DNA of 64,000 nt from Patescibacteria group bacterium (GTDB lineage Bacteria; Patescibacteriota; Gracilibacteria; Peribacterales; Peribacteraceae), in assembly GCA_018814875.1 (NCBI GenBank), contig JAHIYH010000031.1:12739-76738 (forward strand). The letters run 5' to 3'. The translations under genes were made by a program, and so were the position numbers. Under the pieces are notes generated by a model. The model searched no databases and was not told the origin of the DNA. It was given only the letters and a program-made list of their open reading frames with translations. This document shows positions 20,673 to 30,103 of this stretch, one piece after another. The number at the start of each line of letters is the position of its first letter. Positions within the stretch are counted from its first letter, which is position 1.

Positions 20673-21469
20673 AAACTCGACTCATCGCATGTCTTCTTTG
20701 GAGAAACGGAATGCTTGTGCAGAGTATGGGCTTCAGTCACACAAACTCGGTTGGAAGTGCATGCACAGCAATCGACTTCTTTAACACATGGGCAATAGAT
20801 GAAATTGTTCTTCTGGACGTCACACGCAATCCAGATGATCGTGAAAAATTTCATCACGATCTTAAAGAACTTTCAAAAAGGTGCTTTGTACCATTGGCAG
20901 TTGGAGGATGGATCACATCTTTGGAAGAAATTCGTGTGTTGCTAACAGAAGGCGCGGATAAAGTTGTTATGAATACGGAAGCAATTCGCAATGAATCGTT
21001 TTTGCAGGATGCCTCACGTAAGTTTGGCGCGCAGTGCATTGTTGTGTCCATTGACGTTAGGTGTGATGAAAAAGGAGAGCATATTGTTTACATAGATAGG
21101 GGGAAGGAGCGTACCAAATGGTCAGCTGTTGAATGGGCAAGGCGGGCGCAGGAGCTTGGCGCTGGCGAGATTTTCCTCACATCAATCGATGCAGACGGGA
21201 ATAGGAAAGGGTACGACTTGGAATTGATTAACTTGGTAAGCCACACAGTTAGTATCCCAGTAATCGCCTCCGGTGGAGTAGGCGATTGGAAACATTTCAG
21301 AGAAGGTATCGAATCTGGTGCAAGTGCAATTTCTGCTGCGAATATTTTTCATTACTCCGAGCAGAGCACCAAGAAGGCCAAAGATTTTCTTTTCGATAAT
21401 GGTTTTAATGTCAGAAAGCCGGAGTTTTACAATATCCTCCTTCCAAGGAGGCCGGTTTATAGGGTGTAA
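20666..21469 (+). CDS. hisF: HisF-like cyclase subunit (WbuZ-type)
   Basis: RLIACL, VPLAVGG, GADKVV, GAGEIFLTSID.DG...GYD, PVIASGG. Confidence 0.85.
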   Translation: MLKTRLIACLLWRNGMLVQSMGFSHTNSVGSACTAIDFFNTWAIDEIVLLDVTRNPDDREKFHHDLKELSKRCFVPLAVGGWITSLEEIRVLLTEGADKVVMNTEAIRNESFLQDASRKFGAQCIVVSIDVRCDEKGEHIVYIDRGKERTKWSAVEWARRAQELGAGEIFLTSIDADGNRKGYDLELINLVSHTVSIPVIASGGVGDWKHFREGIESGASAISAANIFHYSEQSTKKAKDFLFDNGFNVRKPEFYNILLPRRPVYRV

Positions 21470-21482
21470 AGTGCAGATATAT

Positions 21483-22229
21483 TCAAAATTTCATCCATCC
21501 ACTCAAATCAATTCCAATCAATTTTTGCGCTAGCTCAATATCATCATGATACAAATCAATTAACTTCTTTCTCATCTTCGGCGAGATCGGTTCTTCCGCG
21601 GGCGGGTTTACATTAAAGCGATTACTCGTATCGGGAGTAAAAGTTGTATCAACTTCGAGGAATTCACACAGTCCTTTTATTACTTTCTGAGGACTGCTTG
21701 TAAAATCTTCATATAAGAAGATCTTAAGTTGTTCATGTGTAAAGTATTTAAAGTACCTCTCCAATTGTTCCCCGTAAAAGCCACGGCTTTTGTAACTTCT
21801 CATTGGATCTATGTCGATATCTTCAATAACTTCTTCAAACGACTCACGAGCTTCTTTGTTTTGTCTTCTGCGCATAAGGTAGTGCGAGTAGGCACGCTCA
21901 GTTGGATTCCTGAGGATTGCAGTCAGCTTTACATCAGGAATCATTTCAAATATTCGTTTGGGTGCATCAATTACACAGAGGTATGCCGGCGATGTTTCGC
22001 CGATAATTTTTTCATTATTGGCATCTTTAAAAAGCTCCAAATATTCCTGTTTATTCGTAACCGTTCTATCAAGCATACAAAGAGACGATTCCTGTGCAAA
22101 GAAATTAGTCTCTTTCTGTGGGAGCATATAGATTTCCGGATGCTGGCCCAAATAATGGTGCAAAGAGGTAGTTCCTGCCTTTGTCGCACCTATTATAAGG
22201 AAGTTGGGAAGCTTCATTGTGTCATACAT
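21483..22229 (-). CDS. PAPS-dependent sulfotransferase
   Basis: 5'-PSB motif IIGATKAGTTSL, KETNFF, 3'-PB motif LRNPTERAYS. Confidence 0.9.
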   Translation of the reverse strand: MYDTMKLPNFLIIGATKAGTTSLHHYLGQHPEIYMLPQKETNFFAQESSLCMLDRTVTNKQEYLELFKDANNEKIIGETSPAYLCVIDAPKRIFEMIPDVKLTAILRNPTERAYSHYLMRRRQNKEARESFEEVIEDIDIDPMRSYKSRGFYGEQLERYFKYFTHEQLKIFLYEDFTSSPQKVIKGLCEFLEVDTTFTPDTSNRFNVNPPAEEPISPKMRKKLIDLYHDDIELAQKLIGIDLSGWMKF

Positions 22230-22250
22230 TTGTCTCTAGTACTCTAGCAT

Positions 22251-23297
22251 ATGATGCGTAGCGAAATACAGATTGGCGACCATAAAATAGGAGAGAATCA
22301 TCCTATCTTCATTTGTGCGGAATGTGGCATAACCTGCAATTATGATTTGGAGACTGCCAAACAACTCATAGATGTTGTTCATGATGCAGGTGCAGATGCA
22401 ATCAAGTTCATCTTTTGGTTTCCGGAGGAAATATTTTGTGACAAGAAATTGGAACTCACATTCGACACTGTTGAAGGAACTAAGACTCAGAATATGTACG
22501 AAACAATCGATACATATCGGTTCTCTTTGGATGAGTGGCGCGAAGTAAAAAAGTATGCGGATCAGAAAGGGGTTATAGTTTTTTCCACCGTCAATTCTCC
22601 TAGTGGCATTGAGTATGCAGAGGAGATTGGATTGGAGGCTTACAAGTTAAGTTCTTGGGATCATAACTACTTTCCACTTTGGAAGAAGATTGCTGCCATC
22701 GGTAAGCCAATGCTCATCGATACCGGTCCAGTTAATACCGTTGAAATGGCGAAAGTAATGCAACTTATGAAAGATGCTGGTAATGACCAAAGCATCCTTG
22801 TTCACTGTTTTCATACCAAAACACGATCCGAGAAGAACATGCGGAGCATACCGTACATGCGACATGCATTCGATTCGTTGGTGGGATACTCCTCACCTGA
22901 TTCGGACGATGATATGGATATCATGGCGATTACACTTGGGGCTGTTTTTTTGGAGAAGAAAATATCTCTTAGTAATGATTTTATCGGGCTTGATCATATC
23001 TATGCAAAGGAACCGGATGCATTTAAAAAGTATGTGAAGATGGTTCGTGAGTGCGAGGAGTCACTCGGAGTGTTTGATCTAGTTCCAAGCGAAGGTGATC
23101 TTCGAATTCGAAAAACAACATTCCGGCATATTGTAGCGAATCAGGATATTTCTAAGGGGACTGTATTAGAGGAGTCTATGCTCGAAGGAAAACGCGAGGA
23201 GTACGCTGTTTCACCTGAATACACCGACTTATTTGTTGGGCGTGAACTAAAGCGTGACCTGAAAGAAAATGAATCTGTTACGTGGGATGATGTGTAA
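22251..23297 (+). CDS. Divergent NeuB/SpsE-family synthase with SAF domain
   Basis: NeuB-like layout (IFICAECG, GADAIKF, YK, C-terminal SAF) but metal-ligand histidines replaced. Confidence 0.78.
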   Translation: MMRSEIQIGDHKIGENHPIFICAECGITCNYDLETAKQLIDVVHDAGADAIKFIFWFPEEIFCDKKLELTFDTVEGTKTQNMYETIDTYRFSLDEWREVKKYADQKGVIVFSTVNSPSGIEYAEEIGLEAYKLSSWDHNYFPLWKKIAAIGKPMLIDTGPVNTVEMAKVMQLMKDAGNDQSILVHCFHTKTRSEKNMRSIPYMRHAFDSLVGYSSPDSDDDMDIMAITLGAVFLEKKISLSNDFIGLDHIYAKEPDAFKKYVKMVRECEESLGVFDLVPSEGDLRIRKTTFRHIVANQDISKGTVLEESMLEGKREEYAVSPEYTDLFVGRELKRDLKENESVTWDDV

Positions 23298-23395
23298 CAG
23301 TAAATAAATGTTGAAACAATACGTTCCCGATTAACTTCGTATAAGCCTATTTAATTGCAAGTATTGGTTGAGTTGATATGGTATAACATCTCTGT

Positions 23396-24103
23396 ATGTC
23401 TCTTAAACCTCTATGCATTATTCCGGCGCGAGGAGGCTCCAAACGCTTCCCTAGAAAGAATATTGCTCTTCTAAATGGCAAACCTCTCATCTCGTATGCA
23501 ATCGAAGTGGCACAAAAAAGTGGCATTTTTGACACTGTATGCGTTTCATCCGAAGATGAAGAAATCCTCGGGATTGCAAAGGAGGGTGGAGCGGATGTTG
23601 TTCTACGAAGGCCCGATGAATTTGCAACCGACACGTCGCAAATTAAACATGTATGCAAGCATCTGTTGGAGCATTTTTCTTCCGAAGGTCGCGAATACGA
23701 TGCCTTTGCAGTTTTAATTCCTGTAAGTCCGTTGCGTACGACAGAAGATATAATCAAAACATACGAAATGCTTCAAGCCAGAGATGTAAATTGTGTAATG
23801 AGTGTCGTTCCCTTCGTACAACCTCCTCAACATGCTCTATGTGTGCAAGGTGACACCATCGAATCATATTTCGATATGAAAACATATAAGCGTTCTCAGG
23901 AACTTCAACAGCTTTACCACCATGACGGAACGATTATTTTTATGAAGACGAAGCCTTTTCTTAAAAGAGAGGAATTTTATGGAGAGAAAGTTGTACCATA
24001 CTTTGTACATCATGAACGGTCGGTAGACATAGATAGCCCTATAGATCTTGCTTGGGCAGAGTTTTTGTTAAGTAGAATGGCAAATCAATCGGATTCATAC
24101 TGA
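23396..24103 (+). CDS. neuA: Acylneuraminate cytidylyltransferase (NeuA/PseF-like)
   Basis: IIPARGGSKRFPRKN, VSSED, SPLR, RSQEL, SVDID. Confidence 0.9.
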   Translation: MSLKPLCIIPARGGSKRFPRKNIALLNGKPLISYAIEVAQKSGIFDTVCVSSEDEEILGIAKEGGADVVLRRPDEFATDTSQIKHVCKHLLEHFSSEGREYDAFAVLIPVSPLRTTEDIIKTYEMLQARDVNCVMSVVPFVQPPQHALCVQGDTIESYFDMKTYKRSQELQQLYHHDGTIIFMKTKPFLKREEFYGEKVVPYFVHHERSVDIDSPIDLAWAEFLLSRMANQSDSY

Positions 24104-24122
24104 TACGGTATTGATGTTGAGC

Positions 24123-24656
24123 CTATCCAATCTTTATTGAATGCCAATTCTTTTTTATTGGCATTTCTTTTGGTTTTCCAGAGCCAATTTCAAGGCTATT
24201 TAGATATCCAATTAACTGGCTCAGTCCTTTTTCAGGTGATAGTACATCGTTATCTAAAGTTAGGTCCGGTGAAGCTGGTGGTTCATATGGTTTGTCGTCT
24301 CCTTCCAATCCTTTACGTTTAAGGTAGATCCATTTTGGATCACAAATGAGCTGCAGCTCGTTTCGAACTTTTTCGAATGGAGCTATTACAGACACAAGTA
24401 CTAGGAAACCATGTTCAGACATGAGATTCGCGAGACGTGCAACACGCAGGTTATGCTTTTTGCGATCTTCAGTAGAAAGTCCCTCATCAACCGAAACAGA
24501 ATTACGCATCTCATCACCGTCAAGAATTACTATGCGTCGAGCAAGTGGTGAATCGATTTCAGGGTTTTCGTTAAAATGGTCACGCACTCCATATGCGATG
24601 GTAGTTTTACCTGATCCAGAATTGCCGGTTAACCAAATTACAGGGAAGCGTTTCAT
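24123..24656 (-). CDS. cysC: Adenylyl-sulfate kinase-like protein (shortened)
   Basis: WLTGNSGSGKTT, LDGDEMR, SVIAP, PYEPP. Confidence 0.8.
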   Translation of the reverse strand: MKRFPVIWLTGNSGSGKTTIAYGVRDHFNENPEIDSPLARRIVILDGDEMRNSVSVDEGLSTEDRKKHNLRVARLANLMSEHGFLVLVSVIAPFEKVRNELQLICDPKWIYLKRKGLEGDDKPYEPPASPDLTLDNDVLSPEKGLSQLIGYLNSLEIGSGKPKEMPIKKNWHSIKIG

Positions 24657-24804
24657 ATATTCATTGTGTTATAGATCTCTATAAACTCTTTGCCTACGAG
24701 GCTCAATTTATGAGCATATAGCCAATTTTGCAAGGAAATCGCAGAATTTTTAACAGAGGAAGAACTGGCTGAATGACCCGACGACGACTAAGCTTGTCTG
24801 TGTA

Positions 24805-25926
24805 ATGCGAATTGCAATCTTTTCTCCAACCATCGATCCAAAGGACGGATATGGAAACATAACCTTCGAACTTTGTACTCATTTAAAATCACTTGGCATA
24901 GATTTAACTCTATTTCTACCTGTGTCACAGAAGAAGATTGCAAACGATATGGATCTGCCATTTCCAATTAGATTCAAACTTCCTGAATATATTTTCAGAT
25001 TACATCAGCCCAAGGCGCTCAAGTATTGGAAAAAGATAGATGTATCTGAATTTGATTTAGTTCACAGTTTATTTGCATTTCCTTATTGTCTAATTGCGGC
25101 CAGATCAGCCAAGAAATATAAGAAGCCATTCATCATGGGGGCTCAGGGGACACATGGTGTACGTCCTCTTGTATATTTTCCCGAAAAGATCTTTCTTAAG
25201 AAGTGTTACAAGCAAGCAAAGGCAATTACAGTGCCGAGTAAATTCACAAAAGATATGATAGAAAAATATTCTGGCAAAACTTATCCAATAGAAGTAATTC
25301 ATAATGGAGTTCACTTTGATCGTTTTCAAAAACAAGTAGATGTGCAGTCACTTCGCAATAAATACCAAGGGAAAACTGTATTACTTACAGTTGGGGGGCT
25401 TTGGGGTCGTAAAGGACATGACATTGTTCTTAAAGCAATAAGCCAAATAGTAAGCGGTCGTCCCGACATTCATTACATAATGGTTGGGGATGGAAACGGA
25501 CGAGCTCAATTAGAAGAGTTGGTTGATCGATTAAATATAAAAGATCACGTGGAGTTTGCAGGTAGGCAAATGGGAGATGATCTGGTCAGATACTTCCAGG
25601 CTTGTGATATTTATGTGCATACTCCAAAGATAGTTGATCTGAAGTTCGAAGGCTTTGGGATTGTATATCTTGAAGCGAGCGCATGTGGAAAGCCAATTGT
25701 TGCGACGGATGCAGGTGGAATAAGGGATGCAGTATTGGACGGAGAAACAGGTTTAATAGCCTCCGATGGTGACATTGATCAGGTTTCAAAATATATCATT
25801 ACTCTTTGTTCAGATATCGAATTACGTCATAAATTAGGTGAATCAGGACGTGTATATGCACAGAAAAACAGTTGGTCTTCTATTGCCGAAAAGTTTAAGG
25901 ATCTCTATCGTGCGATTCATGTCTAG
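24805..25926 (+). CDS. Glycosyltransferase family 4
   Basis: IHNGV, RKGHD, EGFGIVYLEASACGKP, GETGL. Confidence 0.92.
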   Translation: MRIAIFSPTIDPKDGYGNITFELCTHLKSLGIDLTLFLPVSQKKIANDMDLPFPIRFKLPEYIFRLHQPKALKYWKKIDVSEFDLVHSLFAFPYCLIAARSAKKYKKPFIMGAQGTHGVRPLVYFPEKIFLKKCYKQAKAITVPSKFTKDMIEKYSGKTYPIEVIHNGVHFDRFQKQVDVQSLRNKYQGKTVLLTVGGLWGRKGHDIVLKAISQIVSGRPDIHYIMVGDGNGRAQLEELVDRLNIKDHVEFAGRQMGDDLVRYFQACDIYVHTPKIVDLKFEGFGIVYLEASACGKPIVATDAGGIRDAVLDGETGLIASDGDIDQVSKYIITLCSDIELRHKLGESGRVYAQKNSWSSIAEKFKDLYRAIHV

Positions 25927-26959
25927 GATGCTTATTACAGGAGGTGCAGGCTTCATCGGGGTTAACGCTTCTGAGTATTTTTTGAAGAAAGGTTGGGAAG
26001 TAGTAATTTTCGATAACTTTTCGCGTGATGGAACGGATATAAATCGCAAGTTTCTGGAAGATAATTTCTCAGATGATCTTAAAATAGTAATTGGAGATGT
26101 TCGAACAGATCAGGACAAGCTAAACGAGCTTTGTGAGGAGTGTGATGTCGTATTACATTTGGCAGCGCAGGTCGCAGTTACAACTTCTGTTATAGATCCA
26201 CGTGAAGACTTCGAGATTAATGCAGGCGGAACATTTAATGTTCTAGAGGCGGTAAGACAATCATCCAAAAAACCAATATTGCTCTATGCATCAACGAATA
26301 AAGTCTATGGAGGATTAGATAATGTTGAGGTTAAAGAAGAAGAGAATCGTTATGCATTTGCAGGATTGCTGGACGGCGTGAGCGAGACACAACTGCTAGA
26401 CTTCCACTCTCCTTATGGATGTTCTAAAGGTGCAGCTGATCAATACGTTCGTGATTATTCACGTCTTTATAATCTAAAGACTGTAGTTCTTAGGCAGTCG
26501 TGCATTTATGGGCCACATCAAATGGGAGTTGAGGATCAAGGATGGGTTGCATGGTTCATGATTGCGGCGCTCTACGGAAGGCCGGTTACAATTTACGGGA
26601 ATGGAAAGCAGGTTCGCGACCTTTTGTTCGTAGATGATCTTATTAGGTGCTACGACCTGTGTATTGGGAATATAGATAAGATATCCGGACAGGTTTATAA
26701 CATTGGAGGAGGTTCGCAAAACACACTTTCTTTGCTCGAGTTCCTAAAGCTACTTAAATATGAAATGGATATGGATATTAATTATTCATTCGGTGGTGTA
26801 AGGCCAGGAGATCAGCCAATATTTGTAAGTGATAACTCTAAATTTGGATCTGCAACCGCTTGGAGTGCGAACACGGATGTAAGCACAGGTATTAGTAAGC
26901 TTCTTGATTGGCTCAAAGAGAATAAGGAAGTCCTTAATTCGATTTATGGAGAAAAATAA
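25919..26959 (+). CDS. NAD-dependent epimerase, CDP-paratose 2-epimerase (RfbE/Tyv)-like
   Basis: TGGAGFIG, HLAAQVAVTTS, STNKVYG, SPYGCSKGAADQY, RQSCIYG, DQGWVAW. Confidence 0.85.
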   Translation: MSRMLITGGAGFIGVNASEYFLKKGWEVVIFDNFSRDGTDINRKFLEDNFSDDLKIVIGDVRTDQDKLNELCEECDVVLHLAAQVAVTTSVIDPREDFEINAGGTFNVLEAVRQSSKKPILLYASTNKVYGGLDNVEVKEEENRYAFAGLLDGVSETQLLDFHSPYGCSKGAADQYVRDYSRLYNLKTVVLRQSCIYGPHQMGVEDQGWVAWFMIAALYGRPVTIYGNGKQVRDLLFVDDLIRCYDLCIGNIDKISGQVYNIGGGSQNTLSLLEFLKLLKYEMDMDINYSFGGVRPGDQPIFVSDNSKFGSATAWSANTDVSTGISKLLDWLKENKEVLNSIYGEK

Positions 26960-26960
26960 G

Positions 26961-27033
26961 AAAGTCGAAAAGTCGAAAAGTCGTAATGTCCTAAAGTGAA
27001 GTGGACTTTTCGACATTTTGACATTTCGACCTT
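26961..27033. repeat. Inverted tandem array, 8-bp unit GTCGAAAA / TTTTCGAC
   Basis: aaagtcgaaaagtcgaaaagtcgtaatgtc ... gacttttcgacattttgacatttcgacc, starting just after the stop of the upstream gene. Confidence 0.9.
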
Positions 27034-27058
27034 ATTTGGATTAGGCTACCTCGTGCTT

Positions 27059-27787
27059 ATGCCTATAAAAGACGCCAGCGTTTCTGTTGTCATGCCTTCT
27101 TATAACGAGAAGGAGAACATTGTAGAGGCAATTAATCGCATCGAATCTACTTTGGGTAGCAGTCTTTTGGAAATCATCATTGTAGATGACAATAGTCCGG
27201 ATAGAACATGGGAGATTGTAAATAATCTTGGCAATCCGCGTTGCAGAGCAATTCGTAGAATAGATAAGCGAGGTCTTGCATCAGCTTTAGCAGACGGAAC
27301 ACAAGCAGCAAAGGGCGATATAATCGTTTGGCTCGATTGTGATCTGGGAATTCCTCCGGAAGACATTCAAAAACTGGTAGAACAATTGGATGAATATGAA
27401 GTAGCAGTTGGGTCCCGATATGTTCTGGGAGGTATGGATACCCGTCATAAATTCAGAGCATTCCTAAGTTTAGTTTTCAACTTTTACACAAGGATGATTT
27501 TGGGGAGAAATTTTTGGGATTGGACATCTGGATTTGCTGCCGCTCGTAAAGAGGTAATGCAAAAGGTGCCTTTGTCCTCGGATGGATTTGGAGAATACTT
27601 TGTAGAGTGGGTGTATGGATGCACAAAAAAGAAATTCAAAATGATAGAAGTGCCATACAGATATGGTCTAAGGAAAGGTGGAGAATCCAAGACAGATGGC
27701 AGTATTCTGGTATTTATTAGATTGGCATTTTCCTATGCAACCAGAGTTTTAGCTATTAGGATGAGGCGCAGTCCCAAATCCCAATGA
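27059..27787 (+). CDS. Glycosyltransferase family 2 (polyprenol-phosphate sugar synthase-like)
   Basis: PSYNEKEN, VDDNSPDRT, LDCD, GSRY, DWTSGF. Confidence 0.9.
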   Translation: MPIKDASVSVVMPSYNEKENIVEAINRIESTLGSSLLEIIIVDDNSPDRTWEIVNNLGNPRCRAIRRIDKRGLASALADGTQAAKGDIIVWLDCDLGIPPEDIQKLVEQLDEYEVAVGSRYVLGGMDTRHKFRAFLSLVFNFYTRMILGRNFWDWTSGFAAARKEVMQKVPLSSDGFGEYFVEWVYGCTKKKFKMIEVPYRYGLRKGGESKTDGSILVFIRLAFSYATRVLAIRMRRSPKSQ

Positions 27788-29046
27788 GCACAATAGCTAT
27801 GCCAGCAAAGGGAGAAACTTATACAACTATTGAGCGGTGCAGAGTTTGTGGTTCATCAGATATTAGTGATTTATATAGCATTGGGGATCTATACATTTCA
27901 AATTTCCCAGAAAAATCAGATGATGGAATAAAGGCACCACTAGAAATGGTGATGTGTGAGAATTGCTCGTTGGTACAACTAAGAGATACAGCTCCACAGG
28001 AATTAATGTATGCAAGATTCTATTGGTATCGTTCTGGCGTAACGCAAACAATGCGCTATGCACTAAGAGACATCACTAAAAGTATCGAGGATAGAATCGA
28101 ACTAAATCCCGGTGACGTAGTTTTAGATATCGGCTCCAATGATGGAACGATGCTTAGAACTTTCGAAAAGGAGGGAATAATTAAAGTTGGAGTAGAGCCA
28201 GCATCAAATCTTGCAGAGGAGGGAGCAAAAGGAATCGATTACTTCATCAACGATTTTTGGAAGTACGAAAGCTACATGGATATAGTCGGAAAAAAAGCAA
28301 AAGTAATTACCGCTATCGGAATGTTCTACGACATGGAGGATCCAAATGAATTTATTCGTGATGCAGCGTTGGCATTAGAAGATGATGGAATATTTGTTGC
28401 GCAGCTTATGTGCCTAAAGAACATGTTGGATACAAATGATGTAGGGAACATCTGTCATGAACATCTAGAGTTCTATTCACTAGTTTCTTTGGAATACTTG
28501 TTTGATAAAAACGGATTCGAGATTATTGATATAGATCACAACGAAGTTAATGGAGGAAGCTACAGGGTCTTTGCGGGGCTTAAGGGCGGTAATCCTCCTA
28601 AAGTAGAAGGTGCGTCAGCAAGGATCCAAAAATATCGCGAGACGGAAGCGACTCTGGAATCAAAAGAAGCGCACATGGAGTTCTTTGCACGAATCGAGGA
28701 GAACAAAAAGAAGTGCGTTGATTTCATTAAGCAAGAAGTTACAAATGGAAAGAGCGTTTGGATTTACGGAGCCTCTACAAAAGGAAATACAATACTTCAG
28801 TACTATGGATTGGATCACACATTGATCGAAGGAGCTTCCGAACGAAGCCCGGAAAAATGGGGTAAGTGCACTGTTGGCACAGGTATTCCGATTGTGTCAG
28901 AGGAGGAAGCGCGCAAGGCCCAGCCAGATTATTTTCTGGTCTTGCCGTATGCATTTTTCGATGAGTTTTATAAGAGGGAAGAAGAGTGGAGAAATAAAGG
29001 TGGAAAGTTTATAGTGCCATTACCCCAATTTCGCATCGTCTCATGA
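27784..29046 (+). CDS. NDP-sugar C-methyltransferase family (Zn-binding, SAM-dependent)
   Basis: CRVC...CENC zinc site, DIGSNDG, ICHEH, YGASTKGNT, GGKFIVPLP. Confidence 0.85.
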   Translation: MSTIAMPAKGETYTTIERCRVCGSSDISDLYSIGDLYISNFPEKSDDGIKAPLEMVMCENCSLVQLRDTAPQELMYARFYWYRSGVTQTMRYALRDITKSIEDRIELNPGDVVLDIGSNDGTMLRTFEKEGIIKVGVEPASNLAEEGAKGIDYFINDFWKYESYMDIVGKKAKVITAIGMFYDMEDPNEFIRDAALALEDDGIFVAQLMCLKNMLDTNDVGNICHEHLEFYSLVSLEYLFDKNGFEIIDIDHNEVNGGSYRVFAGLKGGNPPKVEGASARIQKYRETEATLESKEAHMEFFARIEENKKKCVDFIKQEVTNGKSVWIYGASTKGNTILQYYGLDHTLIEGASERSPEKWGKCTVGTGIPIVSEEEARKAQPDYFLVLPYAFFDEFYKREEEWRNKGGKFIVPLPQFRIVS

Positions 29047-29909
29047 AGAATAAAACATATTTTTTTGTTAAGCTCCGTAGAGCACTGGCTCCGATTATCC
29101 GTGAAATGCTTGAACACTGCGGGCCTTTGCGTTTTTTTAGTGTAAAAATGATGTCTTGGTACTTAAAGCCGGTTGTCCAATGGGATGGACACACCGTATT
29201 TGTGGACACTTCGGATTTTGGTCTGTCATTCGAGTTGGAAAGCACAGGAGAGTATGAGGTTGCATCTATGGAGTACTGCAAAAATTTTCTAAAACCAGGT
29301 ATGGTGTTTGTTGATGTTGGTGCGAATATTGGACTTTTTACTCTCATGGCAGCCAGGCAGGTCGGTCCAACTGGGCATGTCTATTCCTTTGAGCCTGGAG
29401 CAACCAATTGTGTCCTAATGCGTAAGAATGTTGAGCATAATGGGTACAATAACGTAACCATAATTCAGAAGGCTGTTCTAGATCACAGTGGCAGTTGTAC
29501 CTTGTTTAAGTCGGGGTTTAACACAGCGGATCACCGAACATATTGCGTTTCTAAGGGAAGGAAGCAGACAACAATAGATTGTGTTTCGCTGGACGATTAC
29601 TTTTCGCCGGATATACACATCGACATGATCAAGATGGACATTGAGGGAGTTGAAGAAGTTGCGATTCGCGGAATGGATCGTATTCTTGCTACAAAGAAGC
29701 CCTTGCAGTTCATTGTGGAATGCTGGCCTTCTGTTCTTAAGAAGGTAGGTACAGATCCATTCAAACTCTTTGCATCTCTGGAGCAGAGAGGGTTTAAGCT
29801 CTCAGTAATTGATGACGCATCGCGCGATATTACTCCTATGGATTCTGTATCTGCAGTTGAGGAGTGTAGGCAAAAAGAAGTTGCAAACATTCTCTGCATC
29901 CTAAGATAA
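29043..29909 (+). CDS. FkbM family methyltransferase
   Basis: DVGANIG, SFEP, LDDY, IKMDIEGVE. Confidence 0.9.
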   Translation: MKNKTYFFVKLRRALAPIIREMLEHCGPLRFFSVKMMSWYLKPVVQWDGHTVFVDTSDFGLSFELESTGEYEVASMEYCKNFLKPGMVFVDVGANIGLFTLMAARQVGPTGHVYSFEPGATNCVLMRKNVEHNGYNNVTIIQKAVLDHSGSCTLFKSGFNTADHRTYCVSKGRKQTTIDCVSLDDYFSPDIHIDMIKMDIEGVEEVAIRGMDRILATKKPLQFIVECWPSVLKKVGTDPFKLFASLEQRGFKLSVIDDASRDITPMDSVSAVEECRQKEVANILCILR

Positions 29910-30103
29910 CTGTGCCTTATAAACTTGATCTTATTTTACCCGCTTTTTTGGAATATTTTTGGCATCAGTATAGGAATTTATGCATCTAGTGGAATAGAGG
30001 TATCGCCATGGCGGGTCTGGTTGGTGTGTTGCAGTGGCGAATTGGCAAGTTTTTTTTGGTGTTAGCTGGCAGAGCTTCGCAGTATTCCTGTATTCTCTCG
30101 CAT

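Noticed and set aside
20034-21469. Histidine biosynthesis operon
   Set aside because: No other his genes are present, and the position after an N-acetyl sugar amidotransferase matches the glycan-modifying trio.
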